From NCBI GenBank assembly GCA_951406725.2, contig OX597825.1, positions 54,002,001 to 54,066,000 on the forward strand: DNA of 64,000 nt, written 5' to 3'. The notes under the pieces are model-generated. The model did not search any database. It had not been told where the DNA came from and was given only the letters and a program-made list of their open reading frames with translations. Both the position numbers and the translations under genes were made by a program. The stretch is from Octopus vulgaris. Taxonomy: Eukaryota. Below, in pieces: positions 29,269-43,784 of this stretch. How positions within the stretch are numbered: the first letter of the stretch is position 1; each line of letters begins with the position of its first letter.

Positions 29269-29492
29269 GTGGCACTTCGTCGGTTCAAGTGGCTGAGCTC
29301 ACCACAGACACGCGTACTCTTAACGTAGTTATGAGTGTGACTCAGGATTGGATAAGACTGGCCCTTTCAAATACATTTTATTTTTGTCAGTTGAGTAGAC
29401 TGGAGCAATGTTCAAGGACACAATTCACCCCTGGGAATCGATCTCACGACCTTACAATCGTGAGCTGGATACTCCTAACCCTTAAACCACGT
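29269..29492 (-). mobile_element. Degenerate, internally deleted SINE
   Basis: Tail (gtggcact...ccacagacacgcgtactcttaacgtagtt) matches the 22.6-kb SINE; core (agttgagtagactggagcaatg) matches the 36.8-kb SINE. Confidence 0.7.
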
Positions 29493-31039
29493 ATACTTAG
29501 ATATACATTATTTACAACATTTTATATATTTTAATATCATATGTTGCACCCTGTAATATAATATACCTACCTACGATAAACGTATGACACATTTCATTAA
29601 GAGTCACGTACATTGTTAGCAGAATTATATTACAGCTTACATTTTTGTCAATTAACAATCATGTGTATCATTAATTTTGTCATATATTATTACTTTGACA
29701 CATTTACTGTAATAAACATTATTAACCATACTCTGTACGAAATACAATAATGAAGTATTATATACATTACGGAATGTCATATGGTTTAAGTTTATAGGAA
29801 CTTCTATCAAATATATTACTAATTCTGATTCACATTATTAACTTCGACATATAATATTAACTGTAATGCACATTATCAAAAGCTACATGCGTTATTAACA
29901 CTAATATATATCAAATTTTATAGCACTATTATTATTAACTTCATCATACATCATTAAAAGTACGCTACATTATTTAATGTAATACACATCATTATATGTA
30001 ATACATGCGATATATATTAATTTAATATGTTAACTTCTTAAGTAAAGTGAATATCATTTAGTAGAATGCATATTAATTGTAATAACTACTAACTGCTATA
30101 GGTAATGAGATACTTGACCGGTAATGTTTTCGGTAAATATCTAGTATTAGACTCGTCTAGTTAGACAGGTTGTATAAGAGTTTATAGGAAAATGGCATAA
30201 CATTGTGGGGAGGCGGTTATATGCAAAAACAAAATACGAATTAATTCGTTGATCAAAAAATTGATTCACGGTAGGAAACGACTATCAAAACTCCTTGCAC
30301 TTTACTCTCACATGCGGTATTGATAGCAATCCGAAATCAACCGAGCAGAAATTGAAGACAGATGTAATAGTATTATTTTAAATGTCTTGGCGAGATGAAA
30401 AGCAAAGCTAAGATTGGAAGAATTAGAACTCGCAACGTAAAGAGCCGGAATGGAAACTGCGATGGATTTAGCCTGACTCTCTAACGAGTTTTTCTAATCC
30501 AGGTGATAACAGAAATATCAACAACAAAAAAATAATTATTAAATTTGCGTATATAATTATATCCGTGTGATGACATTAATCAACGCAATTTCGTTGTAGA
30601 ATTCACACCTGTTTTTAATAGCATTCATGCTATATTTACCAATATGAAACGATGGTAATTTCCATTTCGCTTTTCCTTATAAATCTGAAAAGCCGTGTAC
30701 TTCATACATAATAACAAAGGATCGATATTTCTCAATAATAAGCCTTTCTAGATTGTATTACGTCAAAGTGTTTAGTTCATTTCTTCTTCTTTATAACATG
30801 GTATTAAAGGTTTAATAAAGATCTTACCCTCACACACAATTTATTTATCGCTGCGAAATTGTTGATCAAACTCTTTAATACATAGAAAGAAGGATGCCGG
30901 TTGGGAAAATTATGTTTCAGCGAATTACTAACAACATATTGCTTACCTTTCCTCATAGTTTCGTTCTTTTAAATACATTTCACATTAAAAACCTGTACTT
31001 TACAGAATATCTGCTGTCTCTGTAGTAGATAAAACACGC

Positions 31040-31870
31040 TTGCGATTACCAAATTTGAGAGATAATCAATGCAGTGGAAAGAGAGAAAGAAAGAACAGAC
31101 GTATTGTATAAAAAGACAAAGAAAACGTGGAAATAAAAATGTTTAATATGACTGTAGAGTTGGAGGTGAGTGGACGGGCAGCCGAGTAGCATTGTAAAAA
31201 GCTGCGAGAAGATGGCGCTCAGATATGAACTTAATGAAGCGGTTTATTAGAAGTTCAAATACAAGCTTGCTTTAGAGCGGTGATTAAAGTATAAAACGGT
31301 TGTTTAGCAAGAGAACATCAATTACTTGAATACCAACCATTTATCAACAGTACAAAGGTTTATGGACATTGCAACACATTGCAGAGGTGAGTTAGAAAGC
31401 TTATCGATTACAAAGAAAAACACACGCCATGTAACGAAACATGAACCGTTTTATGTGAATTGTTATCAGCAGGTATCAAATGACCAAGAGTTATATGAGT
31501 GATCAAAAGATATTTAAGGATTAACACTTATTCTTTCAATAAAATTCATTGAATTCCTGCTGTTCTTATCGTCTCAACAGTTCTGCGCATTTTCTACAAA
31601 ATACAGATGATACAACTATTGGCAGCACATTGTACCTGACTGTAAAAAAATATCAGTTGATGCTAGTCTAAGTCTACAAGTAGAAGTATCATTCTTTAAG
31701 AATACAGTACTATAAAGATTACACCTCAGGCATGTGTCGGTTCTGATCGTCTGCAGATATTAAAGATATGGTCATCAAAGTTTTCTTTTAAAGAACAGGT
31801 CGGCAAACTTTTATAACATTGACACTCCTCATGGACTCATTGCAAACTTATTGACTTCCATCATGTAAAT
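31040..31870 (+). pseudogene. Probable highly degenerate Tigger/pogo transposase remnant
   Basis: Manual translation fragments EIINAVEREKERTDV, ELNEAVY*KF, ADDTT, SDRLQILKIWSSK occur in the order expected for CENP-B HTH and DDE regions. Weak, by-eye similarity. Confidence 0.4.
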
Positions 31871-32220
31871 TTCTAAAATAAAATTCAATAGTAAACTTAG
31901 TACAAAAATGTTCTAATACCAAAACGGCTAATTTCTTCCAACTCTCGTGTCTTTACCGCTGTTAAATAAGAAATATTTGAAAACAAATTATTAAAATATC
32001 TAACAACATTGATTTTAAATACCCACAAAAATTGAGTCACATAATAACCATATATCATACTGACATGAAACTGCATTAGCAAGACACATCATGTGTGTGT
32101 GTGTGTGTATGTATACACACACATATACACACATACACACACACACTCTTACACACACATATATTTTACTTTTTTATTTTATCTAGTTTCAGCTCACGAG
32201 CTGTGGCCATGCTGGGGCAC

Positions 32221-32581
<361 letters not shown>

Positions 32582-33183
32582 TATATATATATATATATAT
32601 AGATAGATATAGTATTCAATAATAAGAAAATGGAGTGATTTATCCGATAAACATCAATTTATTAACATATTTTGAAGATTCTCAGCAACCAGCAATTGTT
32701 TCCATACTCAAAATGCTCAAGAACAAAATTAATAAATTAAAATTGAATTTAGCGAGTTAAACACTTCATCAGCATAAGAATTAAAACGCAGAAGGAGCTA
32801 CATTAGAACTGATCGGGTGACCATCAAAAGAATCAACATGTCAAAATACGTTTATATATGTGTGTGCGCGTGTGCAGGTTAATATTTCAAAAACTGTTAT
32901 ATATGTATATGTATTTTGTTTATATTTATCTGTGTGCGGATGTATGTTAAATTCGCCTTCGTGCGTGCGTATTAATTGTTTTTAAATATGCCATTACTAA
33001 TGTATATGCGTTTGTTTTTGTTTTTGTGCTTATATGTGCTCTAATATGCATGACCCTGTGATAGCGGTGTATTCTATTCTACTTTCTCTATGTATGGCAT
33101 TTGTATTTTATGTCATCAAAGTAAGCGTTGCAAATATTTTCACCATTTGATAAATCTTGAAAGTCAATATAGGAGACAAAATA

Positions 33184-33250
<67 letters not shown>

Positions 33251-34880
33251 GTCATTTACTTTTAATCTGCATGTTTGATGCAATCACTTGCCGGGGCACA
33301 CCCAGCGCCCTAGGGCAAGTGAAGGTTAAGAGTTGTTGAAATATAGTTGAAAGCTTGGGGAGGGGAAGTAGAGAAATATCTCCATGTAATACAAACACAA
33401 ACATTTACATTGATAGGGTTTTTCTAAGGATGTGGGCAGTACTTGTTAGCACAATCTTTTGGATTTCCTTGAGACATGGTTCTCCAGGGATATTGTCTAG
33501 GTGTTTCTGACATCCCTTTTTTATCATACCTAGGGCACCTACAATAACAGGAACAGGTTTTGTTTTAAGATTCCACATCTTTTGTATTTCGATTTCCAGG
33601 TCCTTATATTTACTAAGTTTGTCAAATTCCTTTACAGATACATTTTTATCAGTGGGGACGCTTACCTCTATTAGTCTGCAGGTATTTTCTTCCCTGTCTT
33701 TAACAATTATGTCTGGTCGATTAGCCTTGATCGTTCTGTCAGTGTTGACTGGAAAATCCCAGAGGATGGTGACATCCTTACCTTCAACAACTGGCTGAGG
33801 ATGGTGTTCATACCAGTTAGCAGGAGTGTCGAATTTGTAGTATTTACATATCTTCCAATGTATATACTGTCCAACCCTATCATGGCGATTTTTGTATTCG
33901 TTTGGTGTCAGCACAGGGCATCCCGAAACGAGATGGTCTATCGTTTCGTCAAATGTGTCGCAGAATCTGCATTTAGGGTCAGTACCGTTTCGGAGAACGT
34001 TAGCCTGGTAAATTCTGGTAAACAAGCTTTGATCTTGTGCTGCCATTATGAAGCCTTCAGTCTCTGCTTTCAATCCAGAACTCTTCAGCCACTGATGGGT
34101 TGTTGCTTGGTCTACATCAGCATTTTGGCTTCGGAGAATATATTGTCCATGCAGGGGCTTCTGGCTCTACCGCCTCTCAATTTGATTCTGCCCGTTCTTT
34201 TTTGCAGTCTGCTTGATTCGCTTTGCTTGCTTGGTAGCAGTGGTTTCCGGCTCTTCATCTGATTCAAGGTTAATGTCTAGTTCCCTTTCGAACTTATAGG
34301 CTTCCTTGACAATAGAATGCAGCTTTTTGCTGCTTTCGTGTTCGCACACAAGTCGCAGCATCCAGTCCTTTGTACTAGATAGGTACCTGTTCATTCCTAC
34401 AGTAGAGGTCTTATAGCACAGCTCTAATTGCATCATTCCTCTATCCCCGCTGCTTCTAGGTAGGTACAGGCGGTCTACATCTGCCTTAGAGTGGTGCATG
34501 CTCTTGGATGTCAGTAATTTTCTTGTCTTCCTCTCCAAGCGTTGGAGTTCCGTAAGGTTCCAGTTAATGATGTTAAAACTGTACTGGACTACTGGAAGCG
34601 CCAGGGTGTTAATGGCCTCAATGCAATTTTTGGAGTTGAGTTCAGTCTTCAGTACAAGCCTTATTCTCCTATAGTATTCCTTTCTTATTTTTTCCTTCAA
34701 AGTAGCATGATGTATACCATCTCCTTCGTTGATTCCTAGGTATTTGTAACTTTCTTGTGGGTCAAATTCCTTGATGGTAGTGTCAATATCTAATTTAACA
34801 GAAGCTGTTTGCCTGAGCTTGCCTCTTACAAAAGTTGCTTTAGCACACTTATCAAGGCCCAAGGCCAAAATCCAGTCCGA
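33251..34880 (-). mobile_element. 5'-truncated R4/Dong-clade LINE (RT C-terminus, CCHC finger, restriction-like endonuclease, 3' UTR) in a TAA array
   Basis: ORFs 34167-34868 (GLDKCA, YKYLG, DVDRLYLPRSSGDRG) and 33405-34073 (AAQDQ, CRFC...HLVSGC, RHD, ANRPDI, LIEV, KLSKY) joined by a frameshift near 34170. (TTA)n at 33186-33250 and 34881-34960. Confidence 0.93.
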
Positions 34881-34896
34881 TTATTATTATTATTAC

Positions 34897-34953
<57 letters not shown>

Positions 34954-35283
34954 CATTATTGTTGTTGTTATTTTTGTTGTTTTTTTTCAGTTCTGTACAT
35001 GAATTATTTTCTTATATAGTCCACATATAATTTTATAGTAGTTGTAAAGCATACTTATATCTATTAAATTATTCAATTTATATCCTAATCTACTTTCTAT
35101 TTTCATTATATTTTTATTTATAGTTTTCAAATACAAATTTATATGGAGGCGTACATGATAAACCTTTTTCGCATTTAATGTTAAAAACTTGCCTTTAGCT
35201 TATAATATTTGAAAGAGTTCATCAATATGAAGTTTACAACGAGTCATTAAAACCATATGACTTCCCACTTTATGTTAAACTAC

Positions 35284-35480
35284 TTATTTTCGTTCTTTAC
35301 TTTCACTTAGACTGGTGCTGGTATATTTATTCCTGTTTCTAAATGAGTGTTTATAGTTGGCAAGTCTTCGCTTAATAAAATGTCCAGTTGAGCCAATGTA
35401 ATAATAATTTAGTCCTTCAATTTCTACTTCGCTTCTATATACTACATTTGTTTTGCTTGCGAATATTACTAAGCAAACAT
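35284..35480 (-). pseudogene. GIY-YIG endonuclease fragment of a Penelope-like element
   Basis: KTNVVYRSEV...YYYIGSTGHFIKRRLANYKHSFRNRNKYTSTSLS. Confidence 0.8.
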
Positions 35481-36182
35481 TTATCTTTAAATTTGCAATC
35501 AAAAGGAATAATTTTATTTTTCACCCTAAAGCTGCGGTCAGTATTGATCATGTCATAGATATATAAAATTAAAATGGTGTTTACAGCCCTTTTTAAGAAG
35601 TATCTGCTTCCTAAAAAAACGACGTGTGTGTGTGTGTGTAATCATAGATCAAAGGTGGTTAGGAGTCCATACAAATAAAAAAATATAGATAAAAAACGTA
35701 AATAAATTTGGAAAAAGCATAGAAGTATATTTTACAGAAGATTTAACAAACTTTTACATACATACATGCATATAAACATACATATGCACACACATACATA
35801 CATACATGCTCCAACATACTCCAATACTATTTATTCTTATTTTAACCCCACGTACACTCAATATATCACCTTACCAGTTATCACCTGGCATCACAACTTC
35901 ATCGTACCTCGATACTTAAAGATTCCCGAATAGAAATAGATGCATTTTAAGATTTTCCTGTCAACCCTCAGGCCTGGCAATCAAATAGTGACACATTATC
36001 ACAAAAGTTTGCAGAAACTAGACAATTTGTTTTGGATATATTTTATTGACGTTTGTTTATTTGTTGTGTGTCGCTTAAGAGATTTGAGTTGATATTTACA
36101 TCTGCATATGGCATTCTCATTGCTGTTTAGTGAATAGTTTACACAGATAACACACTCCTCCAAATGTGTGTGTATGTGTGTA

Positions 36183-36228
<46 letters not shown>

Positions 36229-36242
36229 AATGTATATATATA

Positions 36243-36459
36243 TCAGGTGGTGCTAAAAGGTTCCTGACTTTAAGGGTATTGCGGAAGGCCAGGTGAGCGG
36301 CCAACATTTCCGCGTGCTTGTATAGGCCTTAGGAAAACTCAAAGTCTGCTGTAATAAATAGGTAAATCTGAGAATAAGACGCATAAAATCATATAAAATA
36401 AAAGAACTTCCTGTATTTTCTTTTAAGCAAAGCCAAGAACTTTTCAGCACTCCTGCGTA
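36243..36459 (+). mobile_element. Mariner-derived MITE
   Basis: TIRs ggtggtgctaaaaggttcctgacttt / aaagccaagaacttttcagcactcc; a second copy lies at 63316-63536. Confidence 0.8.
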
Positions 36460-36484
36460 CATATATACCTAAGTAAATATATGT

Positions 36485-36536
<52 letters not shown>

Positions 36537-36715
36537 ATGAACCGGGTGTTTTGGTGTCTTTACACCTTTTTACCATGAGACAGATGTATTCTCCAGGGCA
36601 ATCGCAGTCTATCTGCCTTTTAGCAGTTGCACCATGATATAAACATATTTCAACTAAGATATTTCAACTAACCAATTCTTTTCGTGCCTAAACAATGCTT
36701 AGCGCTATCACTTCA

Positions 36716-37200
<485 letters not shown>

Positions 37201-38225
37201 CGTTGCTTTTACGCAAAAGTTTCTTAAGTCCAAAACTTTGCTTTCTCAGAAAACGAAAAATAGTTTCACCATCCCATTTCGTTTACATTAGCAACAATTT
37301 CAGCTTAACAATAATACTTTGTTAGGTGTATAATATCGTAACTCCATGCATGTATGATATTTTCAGTTAGGGATATTTTTGTAAAACTGTCGTATGCGGG
37401 ACTTACTATACTTTCGAAAAATGCTAAACTGGTCTATTACACTTTGACAATTTTCATATCTTCGTATCTGAAACAACTGGATATACGATAGTGTGACCAT
37501 AAGAAAAGGTTTTTGCAAGCAAAATTTAAAAATGTAAAAACGCATTTGGCCAAATTTGGACATACAACAGCTTAGCATAATAACAACGATATGTGTGTGC
37601 ATGTGTGTTTGTATGTATGTGTGTATATGCATCTGTTATAACGAATACCTGCAGTATTAAAGAAAAATAACTATTTAAATCTTATATACATTGTAAAGAC
37701 ATCGGTGAAATTGAAAGTTACTGCAGTCTTCGTGCAAAGATAACATCTTTTAAGGTTATGCAATGTTTGAAAATTCAATGCATATTGGCGAGAGAAAATT
37801 ATCAGTAGCAAGCGGATTGGACAGATCCAATTTTGCACCATTGGTCTTTGTAAATTTTGTGGGATCACTGCCCGTAACAGGCTTAGAAAAGATTTGTCCC
37901 CTCTGTATATAGAAAAAACATAGGAATATTTTCTGGTATTATTTTTAACCCTCGAGATGTAAAAAAGTAATTATATGCAACAGAATACTAAATTAAAAGA
38001 GTCATCTATGTAGCATAGGTAATGCACATAAATCGGTAAAAGACGAATGTAATGCAGTATTCGTCAAGTCATAATATTTATTATGTATATGCTGTTTCAA
38101 AGCAGTATATGGGACACAAACGAAAATAGTCCCTACAGCAGCAATCAAACTGTTGGTGTAATCAATCTACGCTCTTGAAATGTTTACGCATGAGGCTCAA
38201 AAGGAAATGTTTACACATGAGGCTC

Positions 38226-38305
38226 TGTCCTTGTTTGTCCCCTCTATGTTTAGCCCCTAGTGGGCAATAAAGAAATAAGAAACGTTAGCACGCCGGGCGA
38301 AATGA
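38226..38305 (+). mobile_element. Isolated SINE tail-to-head junction fragment
   Basis: cttgtttgtcccctctatgtttagcccctagtgggcaataaagaaataagaaacgttagcacgccgggcgaaatg; the same junction occurs at 39622-39700. Confidence 0.85.
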
Positions 38306-39496
38306 TTATGGAGAAGGATATACAATAACATTTGCTAAAACAAATGTGAACTTCTCTTTCAATACAGGAAAAAAATTAAACCTTTCCAGAATGTCACTGT
38401 GTTAAAGGAATTTTTTTGTCATGTAAATAGTTAGGCAACTAAGGAGAGAGTACGAGCCGCCTATTGTCCAGTTTACTCTACTCTTTCAAATAGTAAGCTA
38501 CGGAAATTATCACCATGTAGAAATTAGGATACGAAAGTCAATATTCAACAATGATATCAAAGGTAATGGTAAATGATAATGCAATTTATGCGTTGTTGTA
38601 ATATTTTGGTAATATTTCTATCGATGTCAGCACAGTTAGAGGCAAAGTTAAGTCTCGTTAAAACAACATATCCGTGGAAGTTATAGTCACGAAATTACTG
38701 TACTTTGAACAAGTCATTGTTAAAGGAACGTGCTAAGAAAATAACTTTATTGTATGGAGTGCAAAAGTTAAACTCATTTTTGTAGCGTGATGCCAATATT
38801 ACAGAAACATGAACAGAATAATATTTAAATTAATAATGCATTTAGAGTGTAATACCAAATTTTAATAATCTGATAATAGTATAATATCAGCATTAATAAT
38901 ACATTATTATTATAATTACGAAATATGATAAAAATGTCCAATAAAAATTATTGTGTTTTTATCTTCTGTAAACTTGGACATTCTCCAACAACGTTTCAAA
39001 CAATGTTTTTAAAAAATCGAAATATTATAACTATGAGAACTACATATAATTCTGGTAAATAATTGAAAATAGGAACCGAATAAAAGAACGTAATGTAATC
39101 TAATATATTTTTCGATGTCACGCGTAACTAAAATATATTTTAAATGTTAATAAATAAAATATTTGGCAGAGAACAAGCGCTTTAACAGAAGCACATGTTG
39201 AATTTCTTTGTATGGGTGTAACTACAAGCATTAATCATATAATATATTTGCAATCTCAGAATAGTTGATGGAGCTGGACTTAAAATAGTGTTGATTGCAT
39301 CGGTCATGAAACTAAATATAGAAATAAATTATTCGGTTTCAGAAATTCTTTGATAATACAAATTTTTCAAGTCACTTAAAGTACGTCCTGTTGAGAATTT
39401 GTTCATTTATTATTTTAGTAATATTAATCGAATTCTTTTTTAGAGACAGTTTTTAAAATGTTAATAATCCACTGTATATCTAACAATATTTGATAC

Positions 39497-40090
39497 ACGT
39501 TAGCAAGCCGGGTGAAATGCTTAGCAGTATTTCATATGTCTTTACATTCTGAGTTCAAATTCCGCCGAGTTCGACTTTGCCTGTCATCCTTTCGGGGTCG
39601 ATTAAATAAGTACCAGTTACGAACTTGTTTGTTCCCTCTATGTTTAGCCCCTTGTGGGCAGTAAAGAAATAAGAGACGTTACCACGCCGGGCGAAATGCT
39701 TAGCGTATTTCGTCAGTCTTTTGTTCTGAATTCAAATTCCGCTTAGGTCGTCTTTGCCTTTCATCCTCTCGGTGTGGATCAATTAAGTACCAGTTTCGTA
39801 CTGGGGTCGATCCAGTTGACTGGTTACTGCCCCAAAAATTTTAGGCCTTGTGCCTAGAATAGAAAAAATAGTTGGTAAAAGTAAGGCGGCGAGATGGCAG
39901 AAATGATAGCACGCTGGGCGAAATGCTTAGCATATTTCATCTGTCTTTACGTTCTGAGTTCAGAGGTCGTCTTTGCCTTTCATTCTTTCGGGATCGATAA
40001 ATTAAGTATCAGTTGTGTACTGGGTTCGATCTAATCGACTTGCCCCTCCTCCAAAATTTCGGGCCTTGTTCATAGTGTAGAAAAGAATAT
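39497..40090 (+). mobile_element. Head-to-tail array of three SINE units (GGCGGCGAG-head family)
   Basis: Units start ~39497, ~39676 and ~39884; each has g(c/t)gaaatgcttagc...ttctga(g/a)ttca...ctttgcct...taagta(c/t)cagtt. Confidence 0.9.
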
Positions 40091-40185
40091 GATTATTTCA
40101 TTATATCATTATGAACTAAAAGAAAGAGTGAAATACCTTTCAGTATACATGTATGCAAATATACATAATTGTAGTAGTAGGTAGT

Positions 40186-40353
<168 letters not shown>

Positions 40354-40680
40354 TAGATAGATATGTGTGTGTGTTTGTGTCTAGTCTCATAGTGTAGATC
40401 CACGTAGCTTAATGATTCGGAGTACTGAACTCATGATCATAAAGTGTGTATTTTTGATTCCTGAACCGGGTGTTACGTTCTGGTCTCTAGCAAAGTATTT
40501 CATTTCATGAAGTGGTAACAACAAACAAGGTGGGAACACCTATCCATCCATTGTAAATTTAAATAAACTTGTAAAATTCGTACTTTTAGTTACTATAAAA
40601 GACATCAGTTTCCTCGTTTCCTTCCATTCCGAGAAAAATACGTTCCTAAGCGATTCTTTCGTCTCGCTGTCTCGCAAAAC

Positions 40681-40743
<63 letters not shown>

Positions 40744-40927
40744 CTCTCTTTATATATATATATGTATTTACACGCACACATACACACAGACATATCTATA
40801 TATGCATACAAACATATATACTTACATACACACACATATACACTTGCACAGGTACAGGTAGCTAGACAGAAAGCCTGACAAACAGACTGACAGCTTGACG
40901 GACATGTAGATAGGTAGGTAGATAGAT

Positions 40928-40993
<66 letters not shown>

Positions 40994-41124
40994 GTAAATA
41001 GGTAGTAGATAGACACATAGATAGTTTTATAGGTAGTTAGATAGATAGATTCATAAATACATTGATAGAGAGAGAAGCATCCCTGCGTACGCATATATAT
41101 ATACATAAATATATATATATATTG

Positions 41125-41900
41125 AGGATTTACAAAAACTAAAACAAAAGGTGAAGACGGATATGTGAACAAGAAACAGGTTTATTAGTTTTTAACGCTC
41201 GGGAAACGAAAAAGTCTTTCACGTTTGGAACCTACGCTCTTCGACAGAAAGGAACACAGAAAAAACGTGGAAAGAAAATAGAAAAAAGGTTTAGTGGCTA
41301 GCGATCTATCATGGCGAAAGCCGGACAGAGGAGGATACGTGATGTTCAACCATATAATAATATAAATAATACATATATATGCATATATACATACGTACGT
41401 ATACATACGTACAATTATACGCATATATATGTGGTGGGGGTAGAGGACTTCACGAAACGTGTACAACAAAAAAAGTACGAAGCACGAGTACATGGAACAT
41501 GAACTATTCTTTCGAACCACGAAAGACACAAATGGAAAACAAAACAAACAACATGAAGAACGAAACTTCATCAGTTGTTGGCTGTTTTTCTAGTCTCGTA
41601 TTTAGAGCATTTAACAAGAATATACGCTCTCGGTAAAACAGTTGCTCCCGCAAAGCAAATTAAATAAAATTTGGGATTTTGCGAAGGGTCAAAATTGGTA
41701 AAACAAATAGGACAGTACAGTAAAAGCAAACAGGAAGGGCTGCTAAGCCTAAACGAGTTTGTGGTGGCGAATGCGTAAATCAAGCGAGGACAGGAAACAA
41801 AGAAGTACACGTCTTCCTTGTTATAGCAACAACGGAGAGAAAGAAAGAATGATGGCCGATGGTCACGTGGGAGCCACGTGAGCAAGGGAGGTGGAGTGAG
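41125..41900 (-). mobile_element. Interspersed repeat, possibly a Penelope-like terminal region
   Basis: Minus strand has tcgaagagcgtaggttccaaacg (41222-41244), a decayed GAAGA...GAAAC-type motif, and ctgatgaag at 41565-41573. Assignment is inferred by analogy only. Confidence 0.35.
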
Positions 41901-42071
41901 GGAGAGAGAGAGTGATAGAGTAATAGCATAGACTAGTGGGAGAAGAGGAGGTAAAAGAATAAGAGAGAGAAAAAGAGAAAAAAGAGAAAAACGAAAGATT
42001 AAAAACGTATAGAGTGCGCGTGCATATATATAAACGTATAGATGTATGTACATATACGTATGTATATATGC

Positions 42072-42116
<45 letters not shown>

Positions 42117-43030
42117 AAATTCTTATAATGTTCGATAAAATTATACAAAAAATATATACTGCTTATAGCAAAGAAAGACAAAAAAAATAGTTCCTGCCTC
42201 TGAATAATAAACACTTCAAATAGAGATAACTAAACAAAATTTATAGAAGGTATGGTATTACTTCTAACCGAAGATGTGTGTAAGGTACTTGTTTGATTAT
42301 TTTAATATTGTTTAATAAAATCTATAACGAAAATAATATTCAGTAAACATATGGGTAGATATATGTTGCTGGATAAACACCATATATATTTTAATAGTTA
42401 CACAATATATTTATTAATACTGTAAGATTCGTGAATAAATATGATTATTAAGATTACAAGGTAAACATCTACTGAAGCATTTCTTACACAAAATTTTCTT
42501 TCTTCTATTTCTATATTGTGTCCCCGTGCGTATATTAATAAGGATTTTCAATACAGATATTATACCATGCAACTTTTTGAGGTGTGGTGTAGTCTGTTCC
42601 ATCGAATTTAATACTTGCTTGGTACTGCTTTATTAACCAAGGGACAAATTAGAGCCGGGAGAAAAGTAAGGTGACCACATCAGTTTAACGCGTAATTTCA
42701 CTATGCACTATATTGCATAGAACATATCACAGTAATACAAAAACAAGCTAACTCCTATATTTATAAGGATTAAAATGCGTTTACCGGGAAACACCGCAAT
42801 TTACTATTACTCTTGGAATCAGTTCTTAGAACTTTGATTTGGAAATATTCTAAATGGAGATTATAAGATGACACCAGATTTGTACAGTATTGCTTTTTCG
42901 GAAACAGATGTTGATGGTCATGTATCTTTTAATTATTACAAAATAATTTTCAATCATCTTTTGGTTCTGAATATACTTCTAGTCAGTGTCACATGCCAAC
43001 TATCTGTTTCTTTCTAGACAACCAGTTGTA

Positions 43031-43076
<46 letters not shown>

Positions 43077-43784
43077 CGTGCGTGCATGTGTGTGTGTGTG
43101 TGTATGTTTGTGTGTGTGTAATCTGTTTGTTCCTTCGCCTGCTAGAAATTAGTTATGGAGGTGGACTGAGTGACAAGTAGAGTAAGAGAGAGGGAGGAGT
43201 GAAGAAAGAAGAGATGAAGAAAGAAGAGATGAAGAAGAAGAGAAAGGTGGTTAATAGTAATCTACATAGGCCAAATGTTGCCAGCTAATGGGAAAAGTAG
43301 GGATGGACATGGGCGGTAGTTATACTGAGAAAGAGAGAGAATGAGAGAGCTGAGGAGATAGCAGTAATGGAGATGTGTTGATAATGAAAAATACTACTTT
43401 AATTGAACTAATTTGTTTTTTGCAATTATTTATCGTCTGCTCGCTAAAAAATTGATATTTGTTTATAAGAGTTACTTTAGCCTAAACTCCGGATTCATAA
43501 GGAACACGGTTGCAAGCTGCCTGAGAAAGGATGCGCAGATATAGTGCACGGATCAGAGATGAACAGCGAGAAAATATAATATTCATTACATCACGTCACC
43601 GACAGACACCCGAGGAATGGAATGTAGATGAACTTTAAAACTATTTAATGAAAGCTAAACCATGAATGACTTTAAAATGCAAATCATCCTTTAAGATGCT
43701 CTTAATTTTTCCATTCAGTGGAATTTCTATTAGTCCCACTAATATATATATACATACATACAAGACTTACGGAATGGAGTATGT

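Noticed and set aside
39497-40090. Regularly spaced repeats resembling a CRISPR array
   Set aside because: Units are ~190-bp SINE copies without unique spacers; eukaryotic context and no cas genes.
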